A stretch of DNA of 64,000 nt from Alphaproteobacteria bacterium (GTDB lineage: Bacteria > Pseudomonadota > Alphaproteobacteria > Paracaedibacterales > CAITNM01), in the NCBI GenBank assembly GCA_037138055.1, contig JBAXJB010000001.1, forward strand, positions 22,300 through 86,299, written 5' to 3'. Made by a program: the position numbers and the translations under genes. Below are positions 9,423 through 19,745 of this stretch, one piece after another. The notes under the pieces are model-generated. The model was given only the letters and a program-made list of their open reading frames with translations, had not been told where the DNA came from and searched no databases. Positions within the stretch are counted from its first letter, which is position 1; each line of letters begins with the position of its first letter.

Positions 9423-10745
9423 CTATTTTTTACTAACAAATTGCATTGATTGAATTGCTATAAATCCAAAAATGCTAATTAGCATTAGGTAAAATGCAGG
9501 TGCCGTTAATAGCTCGGTTTTATAGATTAACCACGTGGAAAACCAAGGGGCCGTTCCACCAAAAATGGCGGCACTGACATTGCAAACAAAAGAACTGGCT
9601 GAATATCTGACATCCACAGGAAACAATTCAACAATTGCTACAGGCAGAACTCCATAAACAGCTGCCATGACAATGGCGAAAAACATTTGCATTAGCCAGC
9701 ACTGAAGAACATCACCTTGGGAAAAAATCACAAATGCCGGGTAAGATAAAATCAAAAAAGATGTAGCAGCAAAATACATGATTTTTTTATAACCAAACTT
9801 ATCGGCAGCTATTCCGAACATAGGAATGCATATGACCATGAAAAGTAAATTCACGGTGTTCATTTGCAAAGCTGTCTGAATAGGCATTTTTGCATAAGTT
9901 GTTAAATATGTTGTCATGAAAGAAAATAAAATATAAATGCCAACGACATCAAATAAGATAAATCCCATAGCTTGGGCAATTTTTTGTTTGTGATCTTTGA
10001 AAATAGCCATAATTGGCAGTCTAGTTTTTTCACTTATTGTGTTTTTCATGCTTTGAAAATATGGTGTTTCTTCTGTATTTTTTTGAATATAAACACCAGC
10101 AAATAAGGCAATTAAACCAAGCAAAAATGGAATTCTCCAGCCCCATGCTTGCAATTCATTTTCACTTAATATGTTGCTAAAAAGTACAGCCATAGCAGAG
10201 CCCATTAAAAAGCCAACTATTACGCCGACCGTAACTAAACTACCTGCAAAACTTCTTTTATCAGCATGTGCATGCTCAATGGCAAAAACAAATGATCCCC
10301 CGTAATTTCCGCCAACAGCAAGTCCTTGAACTAATCGGATAATTACCAAAAAGATTGGCGCTAGAAGGCCAATTTGCTGATAAGTGGGAATAACACCAAG
10401 TAAACAGGTAGAGATGGCCATCATGACAACTGATAGAGAGAGTGCCTTGCGACGTCCTAGTCTATCGCCAATATAACCAAAGAGAATAGCCCCGAGAGGG
10501 CGCATAATAAACCCAGTGGCGAACACAGCAAAAGCTGACATAATCTCCATGGTTTTATCGGCATGTGGAAAGAAATTTTTCCCAATAATTACTGCAAAAT
10601 AGCCATAGACCGCGTAATCATACCATTCAAACATAGTGGCCAGAGCCCCTGCCGCAATGTTTCTATAGCTTGATTGTGTGGTGATTTCAACGGGACTATT
10701 TGTACTTTTCTTTTTAGCCACAAGCAAACCTTTTTCTAAACTCAT
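9423..10745 (-). CDS. MFS metabolite:H+ symporter, ProP-like (proline/betaine transporter family)
   Basis: 440 aa. Contains FEWYDYAVYGYFA and GYIGDRLGRRKAL, typical of the ProP/MHS family that is expanded in Rickettsiales. Confidence 0.8.
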   Translation of the reverse strand: MSLEKGLLVAKKKSTNSPVEITTQSSYRNIAAGALATMFEWYDYAVYGYFAVIIGKNFFPHADKTMEIMSAFAVFATGFIMRPLGAILFGYIGDRLGRRKALSLSVVMMAISTCLLGVIPTYQQIGLLAPIFLVIIRLVQGLAVGGNYGGSFVFAIEHAHADKRSFAGSLVTVGVIVGFLMGSAMAVLFSNILSENELQAWGWRIPFLLGLIALFAGVYIQKNTEETPYFQSMKNTISEKTRLPIMAIFKDHKQKIAQAMGFILFDVVGIYILFSFMTTYLTTYAKMPIQTALQMNTVNLLFMVICIPMFGIAADKFGYKKIMYFAATSFLILSYPAFVIFSQGDVLQCWLMQMFFAIVMAAVYGVLPVAIVELFPVDVRYSASSFVCNVSAAIFGGTAPWFSTWLIYKTELLTAPAFYLMLISIFGFIAIQSMQFVSKK

Positions 10746-10832
10746 ATGCCTTATAAACCTTGAGTAATAACATATTCATGCCAATATAACAAAAATAGCA
10801 GTTTCAAACTGTATATTCGTTTGTGGGAATTT

Positions 10833-12125
10833 TTACTTTTTGTAAGTTTCTTGAATAAAGAAAACAATAACTCTGCCAAGCAGAAATGCAAAAAGCACTG
10901 CAGATAAGGCAAATTGATAATCTTTCAGTGCATAAAGCGGGGCGCCATCAGCACTAAAATTACCGTCCCATGAATAGTCAATTAATTTTCCAAGCAAGGG
11001 TTGAAAAATAAAACCGCTTGCCATGCAAAGTGCATTGGTGAACCCAACCGAAGTCGCACTGTATTTTCTCGGGTTATTTTCTTGAACAGTTGTAAAGTAA
11101 AGAATTGAAAAGCCAGAAGCAATTCCTGATAAAAACATTGCCGCAAGCACTGGGTAAAATGAAAGCCCAGGAGCATATAAAACGACAGAAAACCCGATGA
11201 ATGTCCAGGTGACAGACAGAGCCATAACCTTGCGACGGCTTTTCCAATAATCTGATAATTTAGAGCTTACTGAACAGCCAATAGCATATCCAACCAACAC
11301 CATAATGCCCCCACATGATGCTAATTCATTACTGATGCCGAAGCGTTGCATTAAATACGGAGTGCCCCATAATTCGGCAAAAACGCATAAGGGTAAAAAC
11401 ATCATTAAGCTATATAGACCAACTAACCAGTTTTGAGGCTTTGCAGCAATAATTTTAAGACCATCTAAAAGACCGCCTTCTGCGCTTTGTGATTTTTTGT
11501 GATCAGGTTTATCTTTTATCACGAACCAAGAAACAATCATTACAACAACACCAACTGCTGCGGCAATAAGCATGGCGTTACGCCATCCTTGACCATTGGA
11601 AAGTTTTGCGAAGGGAAACCCGGCGACCATTCCGCCAAAGGTTCCCATCATCATGGATATACCTGCGATGAAGGCAAATTTTGATTTATCAAACCAAACG
11701 GATGCAATTTTTAAGCAGCAAATGTATGCACATGCTGAGCCAGCACCAATTAAAAATCTACCAAACTGCGCCCATACCACAGAATGACTAGTTGCAAAAA
11801 CAACGGCACCAATCACACAAAGGAGTGCCGAAATAGTTACAACCATACGTGGGCCAAATTTATCAGTGATGACGCCGCATGGAATTTGTAATGGCACGTA
11901 AGCAAAATAATAAAAAGCAATCAATGTACCAACAGCTCCTGCTGAAATGCCAAAGTCTGCTATAAGCTCATTGGTGATTACACCTGGCGATGCACGTAGA
12001 ATGTATTCATAAAGGTAAAATGACCAACCACAAGCAAGAATAAACCAGGCTTTTGAAGGAGCAGAAACATCTTCTCTCTTTTCATTTTTAACGCTGCTAT
12101 CGTTTACCTTATTTGCCAAGGACAT
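10833..12125 (-). CDS. MFS transporter (paralogue of 8050..9375)
   Basis: 430 aa and polytopic. Contains YEYILRASPGV...AYVPLQIPCGVITDKFGPR, which aligns with the first MFS gene. Confidence 0.85.
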   Translation of the reverse strand: MSLANKVNDSSVKNEKREDVSAPSKAWFILACGWSFYLYEYILRASPGVITNELIADFGISAGAVGTLIAFYYFAYVPLQIPCGVITDKFGPRMVVTISALLCVIGAVVFATSHSVVWAQFGRFLIGAGSACAYICCLKIASVWFDKSKFAFIAGISMMMGTFGGMVAGFPFAKLSNGQGWRNAMLIAAAVGVVVMIVSWFVIKDKPDHKKSQSAEGGLLDGLKIIAAKPQNWLVGLYSLMMFLPLCVFAELWGTPYLMQRFGISNELASCGGIMVLVGYAIGCSVSSKLSDYWKSRRKVMALSVTWTFIGFSVVLYAPGLSFYPVLAAMFLSGIASGFSILYFTTVQENNPRKYSATSVGFTNALCMASGFIFQPLLGKLIDYSWDGNFSADGAPLYALKDYQFALSAVLFAFLLGRVIVFFIQETYKK

Positions 12126-12324
12126 ATTTTTCCCAAATCTCTTTTATCGTTAGTAACACTCAACAGTAGCATATAAAGAGCAAGCTAATCAAAAACTATG
12201 TTATTTTTTGAAGAAAATTAGCTTATATGTCTTAATAAGATTTTTAAATTTCAAAAAGAGGAATGCTCTTTAATAAAATTGCAAACTTTGCTGATAATAG
12301 GGTAGAAATTTTTTCTGTATTGCT

Positions 12325-12516
12325 ATGCACAGACTTCTGGAAATTTTATTTTTTTGTTCACTTGGGGCAACTATTATAGTCTTGGGGCTTGGGCTCAGCA
12401 CGATGTTTTCAAAGTCATCAAATCGTTTAGTGCTAAGCAATCGCCTTATGCGCTTGCGTGTTATGCTGCAAGGCCTTAGTATAATGCTGTTTCTATTATT
12501 AATATTATTAAAGTGA
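12325..12516 (+). CDS. HIG1-domain / twin transmembrane helix small protein
   Basis: 63 aa with two hydrophobic helices separated by [13 protein letters not shown], resembling the HIG_1_N (R/Q)RxMxxRVxxQ motif. Its stop TGA (12514-12516) overlaps the lepA GTG (12513-12515). The overlapping minus ORF 12270..12557 has no features. Confidence 0.6.
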   Translation: MHRLLEILFFCSLGATIIVLGLGLSTMFSKSSNRLVLSNRLMRLRVMLQGLSIMLFLLLILLK

Positions 12517-14321
12517 AAAATATTCGAAATTTTTCGATCGTTGCTCATATCGATCACGGAAAATCTACTTTAGCTGACCGTCTTATTGAATTTTGTGGTG
12601 GCGTTGAAACCAGAGATATGAAGGAGCAAATCCTTGATTCTATGGATATCGAACGCGAACGCGGCATTACTATTAAGGCTCAAACTGTTCGTTTGAAATA
12701 TAAAGCAAAAGATGGTCAGACATATAATTTGAATCTTATGGATACACCAGGACATGTGGACTTTGCTTATGAAGTGAGTAGGTCTTTAGCTGCATGTGAG
12801 GGATCATTGTTAGTAGTTGATGCAAGCCAAGGGGTTGAAGCGCAAACTCTAGCGAATGTTTACCAGGCTATCGATAATAACCATGATATTGTTACAGTTC
12901 TGAATAAAATTGATCTGCCAGCAGCAGAGCCTGATCGTATCCGGCAACAAATTGAAGATGTTATTGGCCTAGATGCATCAGATGCGGTGTTGATTTCTGC
13001 TAAAACAGGCTTAGGTATTCAAGATGTTTTAGAAGCTATCGTTCATAGATTGCCGCCTCCGCGCAATTCAGATGACTTAGAAGCTGCTAAAAAACCTTTG
13101 AAGGCATTGCTGGTCGATAGTTGGTACGATCCATACCTTGGGGTAATTATTTTAGTCCGTATTATGGAAGGCGTTCTAAGGGTTGATCAACGTATAAAAA
13201 TGATGAATGCCGGTGTTGTTTATGACGTCGATCGGGTAGGTTTTTTTACTCCAAAGCAAGAGCTGAAAAAAGAATTAAACCCAGGTGAAATTGGCTTTAT
13301 AACAGCTAGCATAAAAAGCGTAGCTGACTGTAAGGTTGGCGACACTATTACTGACGATAAAAAACCGACGGCTGAAGCATTGATTGGTTTTAAACCTTCA
13401 GTTCCAGTAGTTTTTTGTGGGTTGTTTCCATCAGATGCTGCTGAATTTGAACATCTGCGTGATAGTTTAGCTAAGCTTCACTTGAATGATGCAAGTTTTC
13501 ATTTTGAAGCAGAAACTTCAGCAGCTTTGGGTTATGGCTTCCGATGCGGGTTTTTAGGTTTATTACACCTTGAAATTATTCAAGAACGGCTTGAGCGTGA
13601 ATTTAATCTAGACTTAATTACTACCGCTCCAAGCGTTGTTTATAAAATTCTCTTAAAAACTGGCAAGGTTCTTGAACTGCATAACCCCACAGATATGCCT
13701 GATGTGGTCCGAATTGAGCGCATTGATGAGCCATGGATTAAAGCCACAATTATGGTGCCTGATGAGTTCTTGGGGTCGGTTCTAAACCTTTGCACAGAAC
13801 GTCGTGGTGAACAGGTAGACTTAACCTATGCAGGCAATCGCGCCATGGTTGTGTACAAATTACCTTTGAATGAAATAGTCTTTGACTTCTATGATCGCTT
13901 AAAATCAATTACTCGTGGTTACGCTTCTTTTGACTATCAAATAGAAGAATATCGCGAAGGTGATTTAGCAAAAGTTACAATTTTGGTGAACGCAGAGCCA
14001 GTTGATGCGCTTGGTATGATTGTGCATCAAGGGCGAGCTGAAAGCAGAGGGCGAATTCTATGCTCTCGTTTGAAGGATCTTATTCCTAGACAGCTTTTCA
14101 AAATTGCGATTCAAGCAGCGATTGGCGGAAAAATTATTGCCCGTGAAACAGTTTCTGCTATGCGTAAAGATGTTACAGCTAAATGCTATGGTGGTGATAT
14201 TAGTCGTAAGCGTAAGCTTTTAGATAAGCAAAAAGCTGGTAAAAAGCGTATGCGACAATTTGGCAATGTTGAAATTCCGCAAAGCGCGTTTATTGCGGCA
14301 TTAAAAATGGATGATGACTAA
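12513..14321 (+). CDS. lepA: translation elongation factor 4 (LepA)
   Basis: 602 aa. Contains [29 protein letters not shown] and NKIDL, plus the LepA-specific C-terminal domain. GTG start. Confidence 0.97.
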   Translation: MKNIRNFSIVAHIDHGKSTLADRLIEFCGGVETRDMKEQILDSMDIERERGITIKAQTVRLKYKAKDGQTYNLNLMDTPGHVDFAYEVSRSLAACEGSLLVVDASQGVEAQTLANVYQAIDNNHDIVTVLNKIDLPAAEPDRIRQQIEDVIGLDASDAVLISAKTGLGIQDVLEAIVHRLPPPRNSDDLEAAKKPLKALLVDSWYDPYLGVIILVRIMEGVLRVDQRIKMMNAGVVYDVDRVGFFTPKQELKKELNPGEIGFITASIKSVADCKVGDTITDDKKPTAEALIGFKPSVPVVFCGLFPSDAAEFEHLRDSLAKLHLNDASFHFEAETSAALGYGFRCGFLGLLHLEIIQERLEREFNLDLITTAPSVVYKILLKTGKVLELHNPTDMPDVVRIERIDEPWIKATIMVPDEFLGSVLNLCTERRGEQVDLTYAGNRAMVVYKLPLNEIVFDFYDRLKSITRGYASFDYQIEEYREGDLAKVTILVNAEPVDALGMIVHQGRAESRGRILCSRLKDLIPRQLFKIAIQAAIGGKIIARETVSAMRKDVTAKCYGGDISRKRKLLDKQKAGKKRMRQFGNVEIPQSAFIAALKMDDD

Positions 14322-14339
14322 AATTTCAAGAGGGTTTTT

Positions 14340-16349
14340 ATGAAAAAAATAGCAATAATACTCACGGCCCTTATAGCCAGTGGATTAGGATATTTTATGT
14401 ACAAAAAACAGGAGAACCATTCTATGAATACTCAGCTAATTCCACGAGAAGTTTTGTTTGGAAATCCTGAAAAAGCAGCGGTAAAATTAAGCGCCGATGG
14501 TGAGCGCTTGTCATATTTGGCAAATTTAAACGGCGTGCTGAATATTTTTATTGCAAACCGAGACACACCAAACGAAAGCACACCAATTACAAAAGATACT
14601 AGCAGAGGAATTCGACGTTATTTCTGGCTGTATGACAATCAGCACATTGTCTACCTGAAAGATGATGGAGGCGATGAGAATTGGCGTATTCACGTGGTCA
14701 ATGTTTCCACAAAAGAAGATAAGATTTTTACCCCTGAAAAAGTTAACGCACAAATTTATCATGTGTCCGATAAATTTCCTGAAGAGATTTTGGTTGGATT
14801 AAACGATCGTGACCCTTCATACCATGATGTGTATCGCTTAAATATTTTAACTGGTGAAAAAACACTTATTTTGCAAAATGACCGTCATTTTAGTGATTTC
14901 ATTTTTGACGATGATTACAATTTGCGTTTTGCAACAATCACAACCGAAGGTGGTGGCGCTGAATCATTTAAAGCAATTCCAGCTGGTGAACCAGGGAAAT
15001 ACACTTGGGAAAGCTTTATGAAAGTTGGCCTTGAAGACGTTTATACAACACAACCATTAGGGCTAACTAATGAAGGCAATATTTTATACATGCTTGATAG
15101 CCGCGGTCATGACTTGAATGTATTAAAGGAAATCAATCTCATCACTAAAGTTGAAACAGTTTTGGCTCAAGGAAAAAAAGCTGATATTGGCGGAGTTATG
15201 TCTCACCCACATACAGGGGTAATTGAAGCATATTCAACCAATTATCTGTGTACTGAATGGACATGTTTAGATAAAGAAATTGAAGTTCACTTCAATACCA
15301 TCAAGCAAACTTTAAAAGGTGAAGTGAATGTCGCAAGTAGAACGCTAGATGATAATCTTTGGGTTGTTGCTGATCTGAAAGATGATGGGCCTACTGGGTA
15401 TTATTTGTATCAAAAAGCCAAAAAAGCTCTAACATTTCTGTTTAACCAGCGTGAGAAATTAACGAGCCACCAATTGGCAAAAATGGAAGGTGTAGTCATT
15501 AAAGCGCGGGACGGTTTAGAACTACCTTCCTATCTTACAAAACCAATTAATGTTAAGGGTCCTGTGCCATTAATTCTTTTGGTGCACGGTGGGCCAGTTG
15601 CACGCGATGATTGGGGTTATGACCCAGAAGCTCAGTGGCTTGCTAATCGTGGGTATGCCGTACTGCAAGTGAATTATCGTGCCTCTACTGGTTTTGGTAA
15701 ATCTTTCATTTCAAAAGGTGACCGAGAATGGGGCGCTAAAATGCATGAAGACTTGCTAGATGCTGTAAGCTGGGCAATTAAAGAAGGTATCGCTGATCCT
15801 GCAAAAATTGCTATTTATGGTGGTAGTTATGGTGGATATGCTGCTCTTTGGGGTGCAACACACTCTGGAGATGTGTTTAAATGTGCTGTAGATATTGTTG
15901 GTCCATCTAACTTGCAAACACTTATGGCGACAATTCCACCATACTGGAAACCTTTCTTGGAACAATTATACCAAAGAATTGGTGATAATCGCACAGAAGA
16001 AGGTTTGGCTTTATTAAAAGAACGCTCTCCATTAACCCATGTTGATAAAATTCATATTCCTGTCTTAATTGCTCAAGGTGAAAAAGACCCTCGTGTAAAA
16101 CAAGCTGAATCTGAACAAATTGTCGCAGCTATGAAAGCAAAAAACTTGGGCTACATTTATATGTTATTTATGGATGAAGGGCACGGATTTGCAAGACCTG
16201 AAAATAAATTTGCATTTTATGCGGTTGCTGAGCGCTTCCTTGCTGATAATTTAGGCGGTAAATTCGAAGTTATGACTAATGAGTTTGATAAAACGACATT
16301 AGCGCCTGAGCATAAAACAGAGTTAGTAGCACGTTTTAATAAGGCTTAA
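14340..16349 (+). CDS. S9 family serine peptidase (prolyl oligopeptidase / acylaminoacyl-peptidase-like)
   Basis: 669 aa. N-terminal anchor or signal MKKIAIILTALIASGLGYF, a beta-propeller-like N-terminal half, and C-terminal GGSYGGY (nucleophile Ser), GEKDPRV and DEGHGF. Confidence 0.9.
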   Translation: MKKIAIILTALIASGLGYFMYKKQENHSMNTQLIPREVLFGNPEKAAVKLSADGERLSYLANLNGVLNIFIANRDTPNESTPITKDTSRGIRRYFWLYDNQHIVYLKDDGGDENWRIHVVNVSTKEDKIFTPEKVNAQIYHVSDKFPEEILVGLNDRDPSYHDVYRLNILTGEKTLILQNDRHFSDFIFDDDYNLRFATITTEGGGAESFKAIPAGEPGKYTWESFMKVGLEDVYTTQPLGLTNEGNILYMLDSRGHDLNVLKEINLITKVETVLAQGKKADIGGVMSHPHTGVIEAYSTNYLCTEWTCLDKEIEVHFNTIKQTLKGEVNVASRTLDDNLWVVADLKDDGPTGYYLYQKAKKALTFLFNQREKLTSHQLAKMEGVVIKARDGLELPSYLTKPINVKGPVPLILLVHGGPVARDDWGYDPEAQWLANRGYAVLQVNYRASTGFGKSFISKGDREWGAKMHEDLLDAVSWAIKEGIADPAKIAIYGGSYGGYAALWGATHSGDVFKCAVDIVGPSNLQTLMATIPPYWKPFLEQLYQRIGDNRTEEGLALLKERSPLTHVDKIHIPVLIAQGEKDPRVKQAESEQIVAAMKAKNLGYIYMLFMDEGHGFARPENKFAFYAVAERFLADNLGGKFEVMTNEFDKTTLAPEHKTELVARFNKA

Positions 16350-16822
16350 GCCTTAGACTCATTCGCATAAAGTCCCCAAACTTGCTTGCGAGAAACCCAG
16401 CCTTTGAAGCGACCCTGGTCGTTGCGAATTTCTATTTTGCACCAATTTGGTTGGGCTTCTAGCATTGTCGCTACTACTCCTGGTTCTATGCGCGCAATAA
16501 TTTCTGATTGCTCATCTGGCTTACCATGGAGGCTCTGTATGCTTCCCATCACGATAACCATACGCTTTCCCGAAAGCAGGCTTTTATGCACCCAACCTTC
16601 AGTCCCTTGATGGTCACGAATTCGTCTCCAGGTATCAAATTCCGCAATAATTTCAACAGGTAATCCTTGGCGTACAAATCTCCATTCAATTGGATAGTTA
16701 TTTCCTGGCCCTACATGCATGTGAATTGATGCTGATCGAAGCGATACAAACCTAGGTAATAGTTGTCCTTGGCTTGCAAAAATAGCACCGCAAAAAATAA
16801 TAATGAGAAAGCGAGTTAACAT
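16346..16822 (-). CDS. SH3-like domain protein (DUF1058/COG3807 type), secreted
   Basis: 158 aa. Signal-like N-terminus; PRFVSLRS...[42 protein letters not shown] matches the conserved alphaproteobacterial SH3 family. Overlaps dut by 7 nt. Confidence 0.75.
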   Translation of the reverse strand: MLTRFLIIIFCGAIFASQGQLLPRFVSLRSASIHMHVGPGNNYPIEWRFVRQGLPVEIIAEFDTWRRIRDHQGTEGWVHKSLLSGKRMVIVMGSIQSLHGKPDEQSEIIARIEPGVVATMLEAQPNWCKIEIRNDQGRFKGWVSRKQVWGLYANESKA

Positions 16823-17247
16823 CCAGTTGACCCAAATCCACCGGCACCACGAACGGTGCTATCTAAATTTTCTACTTCATTCCAAGTGATGCGTTGATAT
16901 GCAGAAATCACCATTTGTGCAATTCGCATGCCTGGTTCTATTGTGAATGCTTCTTCACCGTGGTTGATAACTATTACAGAAATTTCTCCACGATAATCTG
17001 CATCAATAGTGCCTGGGGAATTTACCAAGGTAACACCATTTTTAATTGCTAAACCTGAACGAGGGCGAATTTGTGCTTCAAAACCTTTCGGTAAGGCAAT
17101 TGCTATTCCTGTCGGAACTAACAATCTTTTTCCAGGTGCCACAACAATTGCTGTATCAATTGCTGCTGTTAAATCCATGCCAGCGCTGTCTTCTGTCGCG
17201 TAATTAGGTAGGGGAATGCCCCTTAGGTTTTTAATTTCTATTTGCAT
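16816..17247 (-). CDS. dut: dUTP diphosphatase
   Basis: 143 aa. Contains [22 protein letters not shown] and the C-terminal [10 protein letters not shown]. Confidence 0.95.
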   Translation of the reverse strand: MQIEIKNLRGIPLPNYATEDSAGMDLTAAIDTAIVVAPGKRLLVPTGIAIALPKGFEAQIRPRSGLAIKNGVTLVNSPGTIDADYRGEISVIVINHGEEAFTIEPGMRIAQMVISAYQRITWNEVENLDSTVRGAGGFGSTGC

Positions 17248-17409
17248 ACTTCATACTATAAAAGTTATCTAAAATCGTCTTTTAATTACACTATTCTGAG
17301 TGATAAAGCAAGTGCAGATCTTAGATTAAAGGTCACCTACTACAAGTATACGTGATTTTTATTTAAAATTTTAGAGAATAAATTGTAGATAGCGATATTA
17401 AGAAGAAAG

Positions 17410-18042
17410 TTATTCTAATTGCCATAGCTTTGCCGAAACGGCAAGGTTTTTCATAATATCTATCACCTGGTGAACGGCTATTTTAATGCCTTCAGCTTGT
17501 AGGGATGTAACTCCATATTCTTTTAGTCCACATGGGACAATGCCTTTGTAATGAGATAAATCAGGGCTTACGTTCAATGATAGGCCATGCCAGGTAATGC
17601 CTTGGGTAACACGCACACCAATGGCTGCAATTTTGCGCTCGCCTTGTTCATCGTCCAGCCATACCCCAACCCGCCCTTGTTTGCGCATGCCGTTTAGACC
17701 AAAAATGCTTAGAGTTTTTATAATCCATTCCTCAAGTGTTTGTACAAATAACCTAATGTCATTATCACGTTTTTTAAGGTCAACCATTACATAAACTACA
17801 AGTTGACCAGGTCCATGGTATGTATGTTTTCCACCACGCTGCGTTTGGAAAACTGGAAAGGTAGAGTCAATTAAATCTGCTTCTTTCGCGCTTGTGCCAG
17901 CAGTATACAAAGGTGGGTGCTCTAGAAACCAAATTACTTCATCTTCGCCTGTGCGAATGCCTTCAATGGTTTTTTGCATGAACTGTATGGCATCAGAGTA
18001 TTTCACCGAAGCATTTGCAACTAGATACTTAATTTGTGACAT
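17410..18042 (-). CDS. lipB: lipoyl(octanoyl) transferase
   Basis: 210 aa. Contains LEHPPLYTAGTSA, RGGKHTYHGPGQLV and KIAAIGVR. Confidence 0.93.
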   Translation of the reverse strand: MSQIKYLVANASVKYSDAIQFMQKTIEGIRTGEDEVIWFLEHPPLYTAGTSAKEADLIDSTFPVFQTQRGGKHTYHGPGQLVVYVMVDLKKRDNDIRLFVQTLEEWIIKTLSIFGLNGMRKQGRVGVWLDDEQGERKIAAIGVRVTQGITWHGLSLNVSPDLSHYKGIVPCGLKEYGVTSLQAEGIKIAVHQVIDIMKNLAVSAKLWQLE

Positions 18043-18082
18043 TTCTTATTTCTGCGCTGGAGATAGAAGTATTCTTAGTGAT

Positions 18083-18694
18083 TCAGTCATGTATGCATCG
18101 CCATGTAACTTCTAAACTAGGCAAGTCACCCGCTGAAAAAATAGAATAAGTTTGAAGTGTGGCAAGTTCTCCATCTGGCCTTGGCCATCCACCTTTTTGT
18201 GTATATTCAAGTTTAAAATTAAGCCGCAGCGGAATTTTAGTGCTAGCTATATTTTCAGCATCACAAAAAATCTCAACTTTTCGAGCTTTTAATTTTTCAA
18301 AAGCTAACAGAGCCATCGCATGAACTGCTTCCGAAGCATAGCCTTTTCCTCTTTGGCTTTTTCTGACGAAATAAGAAATGCCAAATTGAGGAAGATTCCA
18401 ATTAGCTTGAAATGATGGAAAAGCACATCTACCAACAACGCTATTTGTCGCCTTGTCTATGATAATATAGCGAACAAAATCGCGCATAATAAATTCAGCA
18501 TGGTGTTTTCTGCAATCTTCCTCAATTGCTTCTATAGGTGGTATGTTTGAAGACCAGCTAAGCCATCTAACATAATCATCATAACCATCAATAATTGCTT
18601 GATGTAATTTTTCACCAAAACCAGCTTTTGGCATTTGCAGTATTAATCTTGATGTTTCAATGGTTTCTGGAAGATCTATTAAAATGCGGTTCAT
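18083..18694 (-). CDS. GNAT N-acetyltransferase, RimJ/RimL-like
   Basis: I start the track ORF (18083..18829) at the internal ATG 18694 (MNRILIDLPETIETSRLIL...) because the longer form overlaps the upstream gene by 113 nt. Contains the RGKGYASEA acetyl-CoA loop. Confidence 0.8.
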   Translation of the reverse strand: MNRILIDLPETIETSRLILQMPKAGFGEKLHQAIIDGYDDYVRWLSWSSNIPPIEAIEEDCRKHHAEFIMRDFVRYIIIDKATNSVVGRCAFPSFQANWNLPQFGISYFVRKSQRGKGYASEAVHAMALLAFEKLKARKVEIFCDAENIASTKIPLRLNFKLEYTQKGGWPRPDGELATLQTYSIFSAGDLPSLEVTWRCIHD

Positions 18695-18716
18695 GCGACA
18701 CTTTCTATAACTGTTG

Positions 18717-19742
18717 CTAATCTTGTTTGTGCGCTTCGTATGCATAAACAGCTTCATCGTAAAGCTTACCATCAATTGTGGTTTGGACTTCATTGCATAC
18801 AAAACCTCCCATGCTTTGGTAAAAATCACGCGCGGGGGAATTTTTAGTAAGCGTAATCACAATGAATGGGACTAAATTTTCTTCATGTAATTTTTCAATA
18901 GCTGCTTTCCATAGCATGGTTGCTATTCCCTTGCGATGATGGTCTGCATCCACATAAAGCGCAAATATTTCACCTTTGCCAAATTTAGGCGTCCTGGAAT
19001 ATCCAGCATCACATTCGCCAACAATTTTGCCGTTGTGTTCCACAACAAAAGTCCAATTATCACCTTTGGCCATATTTTCCAATCGCCAATCTAGCCTTTG
19101 TTTGGAGCAAATATTATCTAAATATTTTTGATCAATAATTCCTTTATAGCTATGTTTCCAACCTCGGACTTGCAAGTCAACAATAGCAGCAGCATCTTCA
19201 ATAGTGGCTAATCGCAAATGATAAGGCGATGACTCAAACTTAAAAATAATGCGTTGGGGCTGATGCACATCAAAATCAACTTTTTCAACAGATTCCGTAA
19301 AGTGTTCGTTAGTGTCGGCAATAACACGTTTCCAAAAACCATAGGCTGGAGTGTTTTCTGGAATGACTGAAATTTTCCAGGTCCCCTGAAACTGTTGCCA
19401 TATTTTATTTGCTATTTGAGCACCAATGCCTTTGCCTTGAAATTTTCCAAATACAAAAAATTCGCCCATTTCCCAATGAAATTTTTCATCTTTAAATTGC
19501 TTATGCAGCAAAACAAAGCCGGCAAGCTCATCGCCAACCTTAATTAAAAAAGCACGACGATTTTCTTCTGTGAAATAAATTTTAAAATCAAAACATTCAT
19601 ACAGGCCATCTTTGGGGCAGGCCCATTCATGTGAAGTGAATCCACACGAGCGTGATATATCATACACATAAAATCGCGCCATGTTTTGGATGACTGGATA
19701 ATCAGCTAGAGTTGCAGCAATAAGTCTAGCTTGATTTTCCAT
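18717..19742 (-). CDS. tandem double-GNAT acetyltransferase
   Basis: 341 aa with two GNAT cores, QGKGIGAQIANKIW (N-terminal half, COG5628-like) and HRKGIATMLWKAAI (C-terminal half). It starts 3 nt after the glnA stop. Confidence 0.8.
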   Translation of the reverse strand: MENQARLIAATLADYPVIQNMARFYVYDISRSCGFTSHEWACPKDGLYECFDFKIYFTEENRRAFLIKVGDELAGFVLLHKQFKDEKFHWEMGEFFVFGKFQGKGIGAQIANKIWQQFQGTWKISVIPENTPAYGFWKRVIADTNEHFTESVEKVDFDVHQPQRIIFKFESSPYHLRLATIEDAAAIVDLQVRGWKHSYKGIIDQKYLDNICSKQRLDWRLENMAKGDNWTFVVEHNGKIVGECDAGYSRTPKFGKGEIFALYVDADHHRKGIATMLWKAAIEKLHEENLVPFIVITLTKNSPARDFYQSMGGFVCNEVQTTIDGKLYDEAVYAYEAHKQD

Positions 19743-19745
19743 ATT

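Noticed and set aside
12255-12271. Short hairpin AAAGAG-gaatg-CTCTTT in the 5' region of the third MFS gene, considered as a possible attenuator or sRNA terminator
   Set aside because: It is only a 6-bp AT-rich stem, which is expected by chance in AT-rich spacer, and no riboswitch-like conserved structure was recognisable.
12270-12557. 95-aa minus-strand ORF overlapping the lepA start and the small + strand ORF
   Set aside because: It is featureless and basic or low-complexity. The opposite-strand 63-aa ORF has a HIG1-like twin-TM pattern and a coupled GTGA junction with lepA, which explains the region better.
18695-18829. N-terminal extensions in the ORF track. Here it is 45 aa on the GNAT gene. 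Others are at 22329..22370, 27766..27777, 30756..30797, 46301..46366, 49466..49498, 51501..51554, 60960..60989 and 61111..61182.
   Set aside because: The extensions overlap the upstream gene or add non-conserved residues before an ATG that has a better context, such as an RBS, signal peptide, lipobox or conserved N-terminus. Internal starts are preferred, but this remains unverified.
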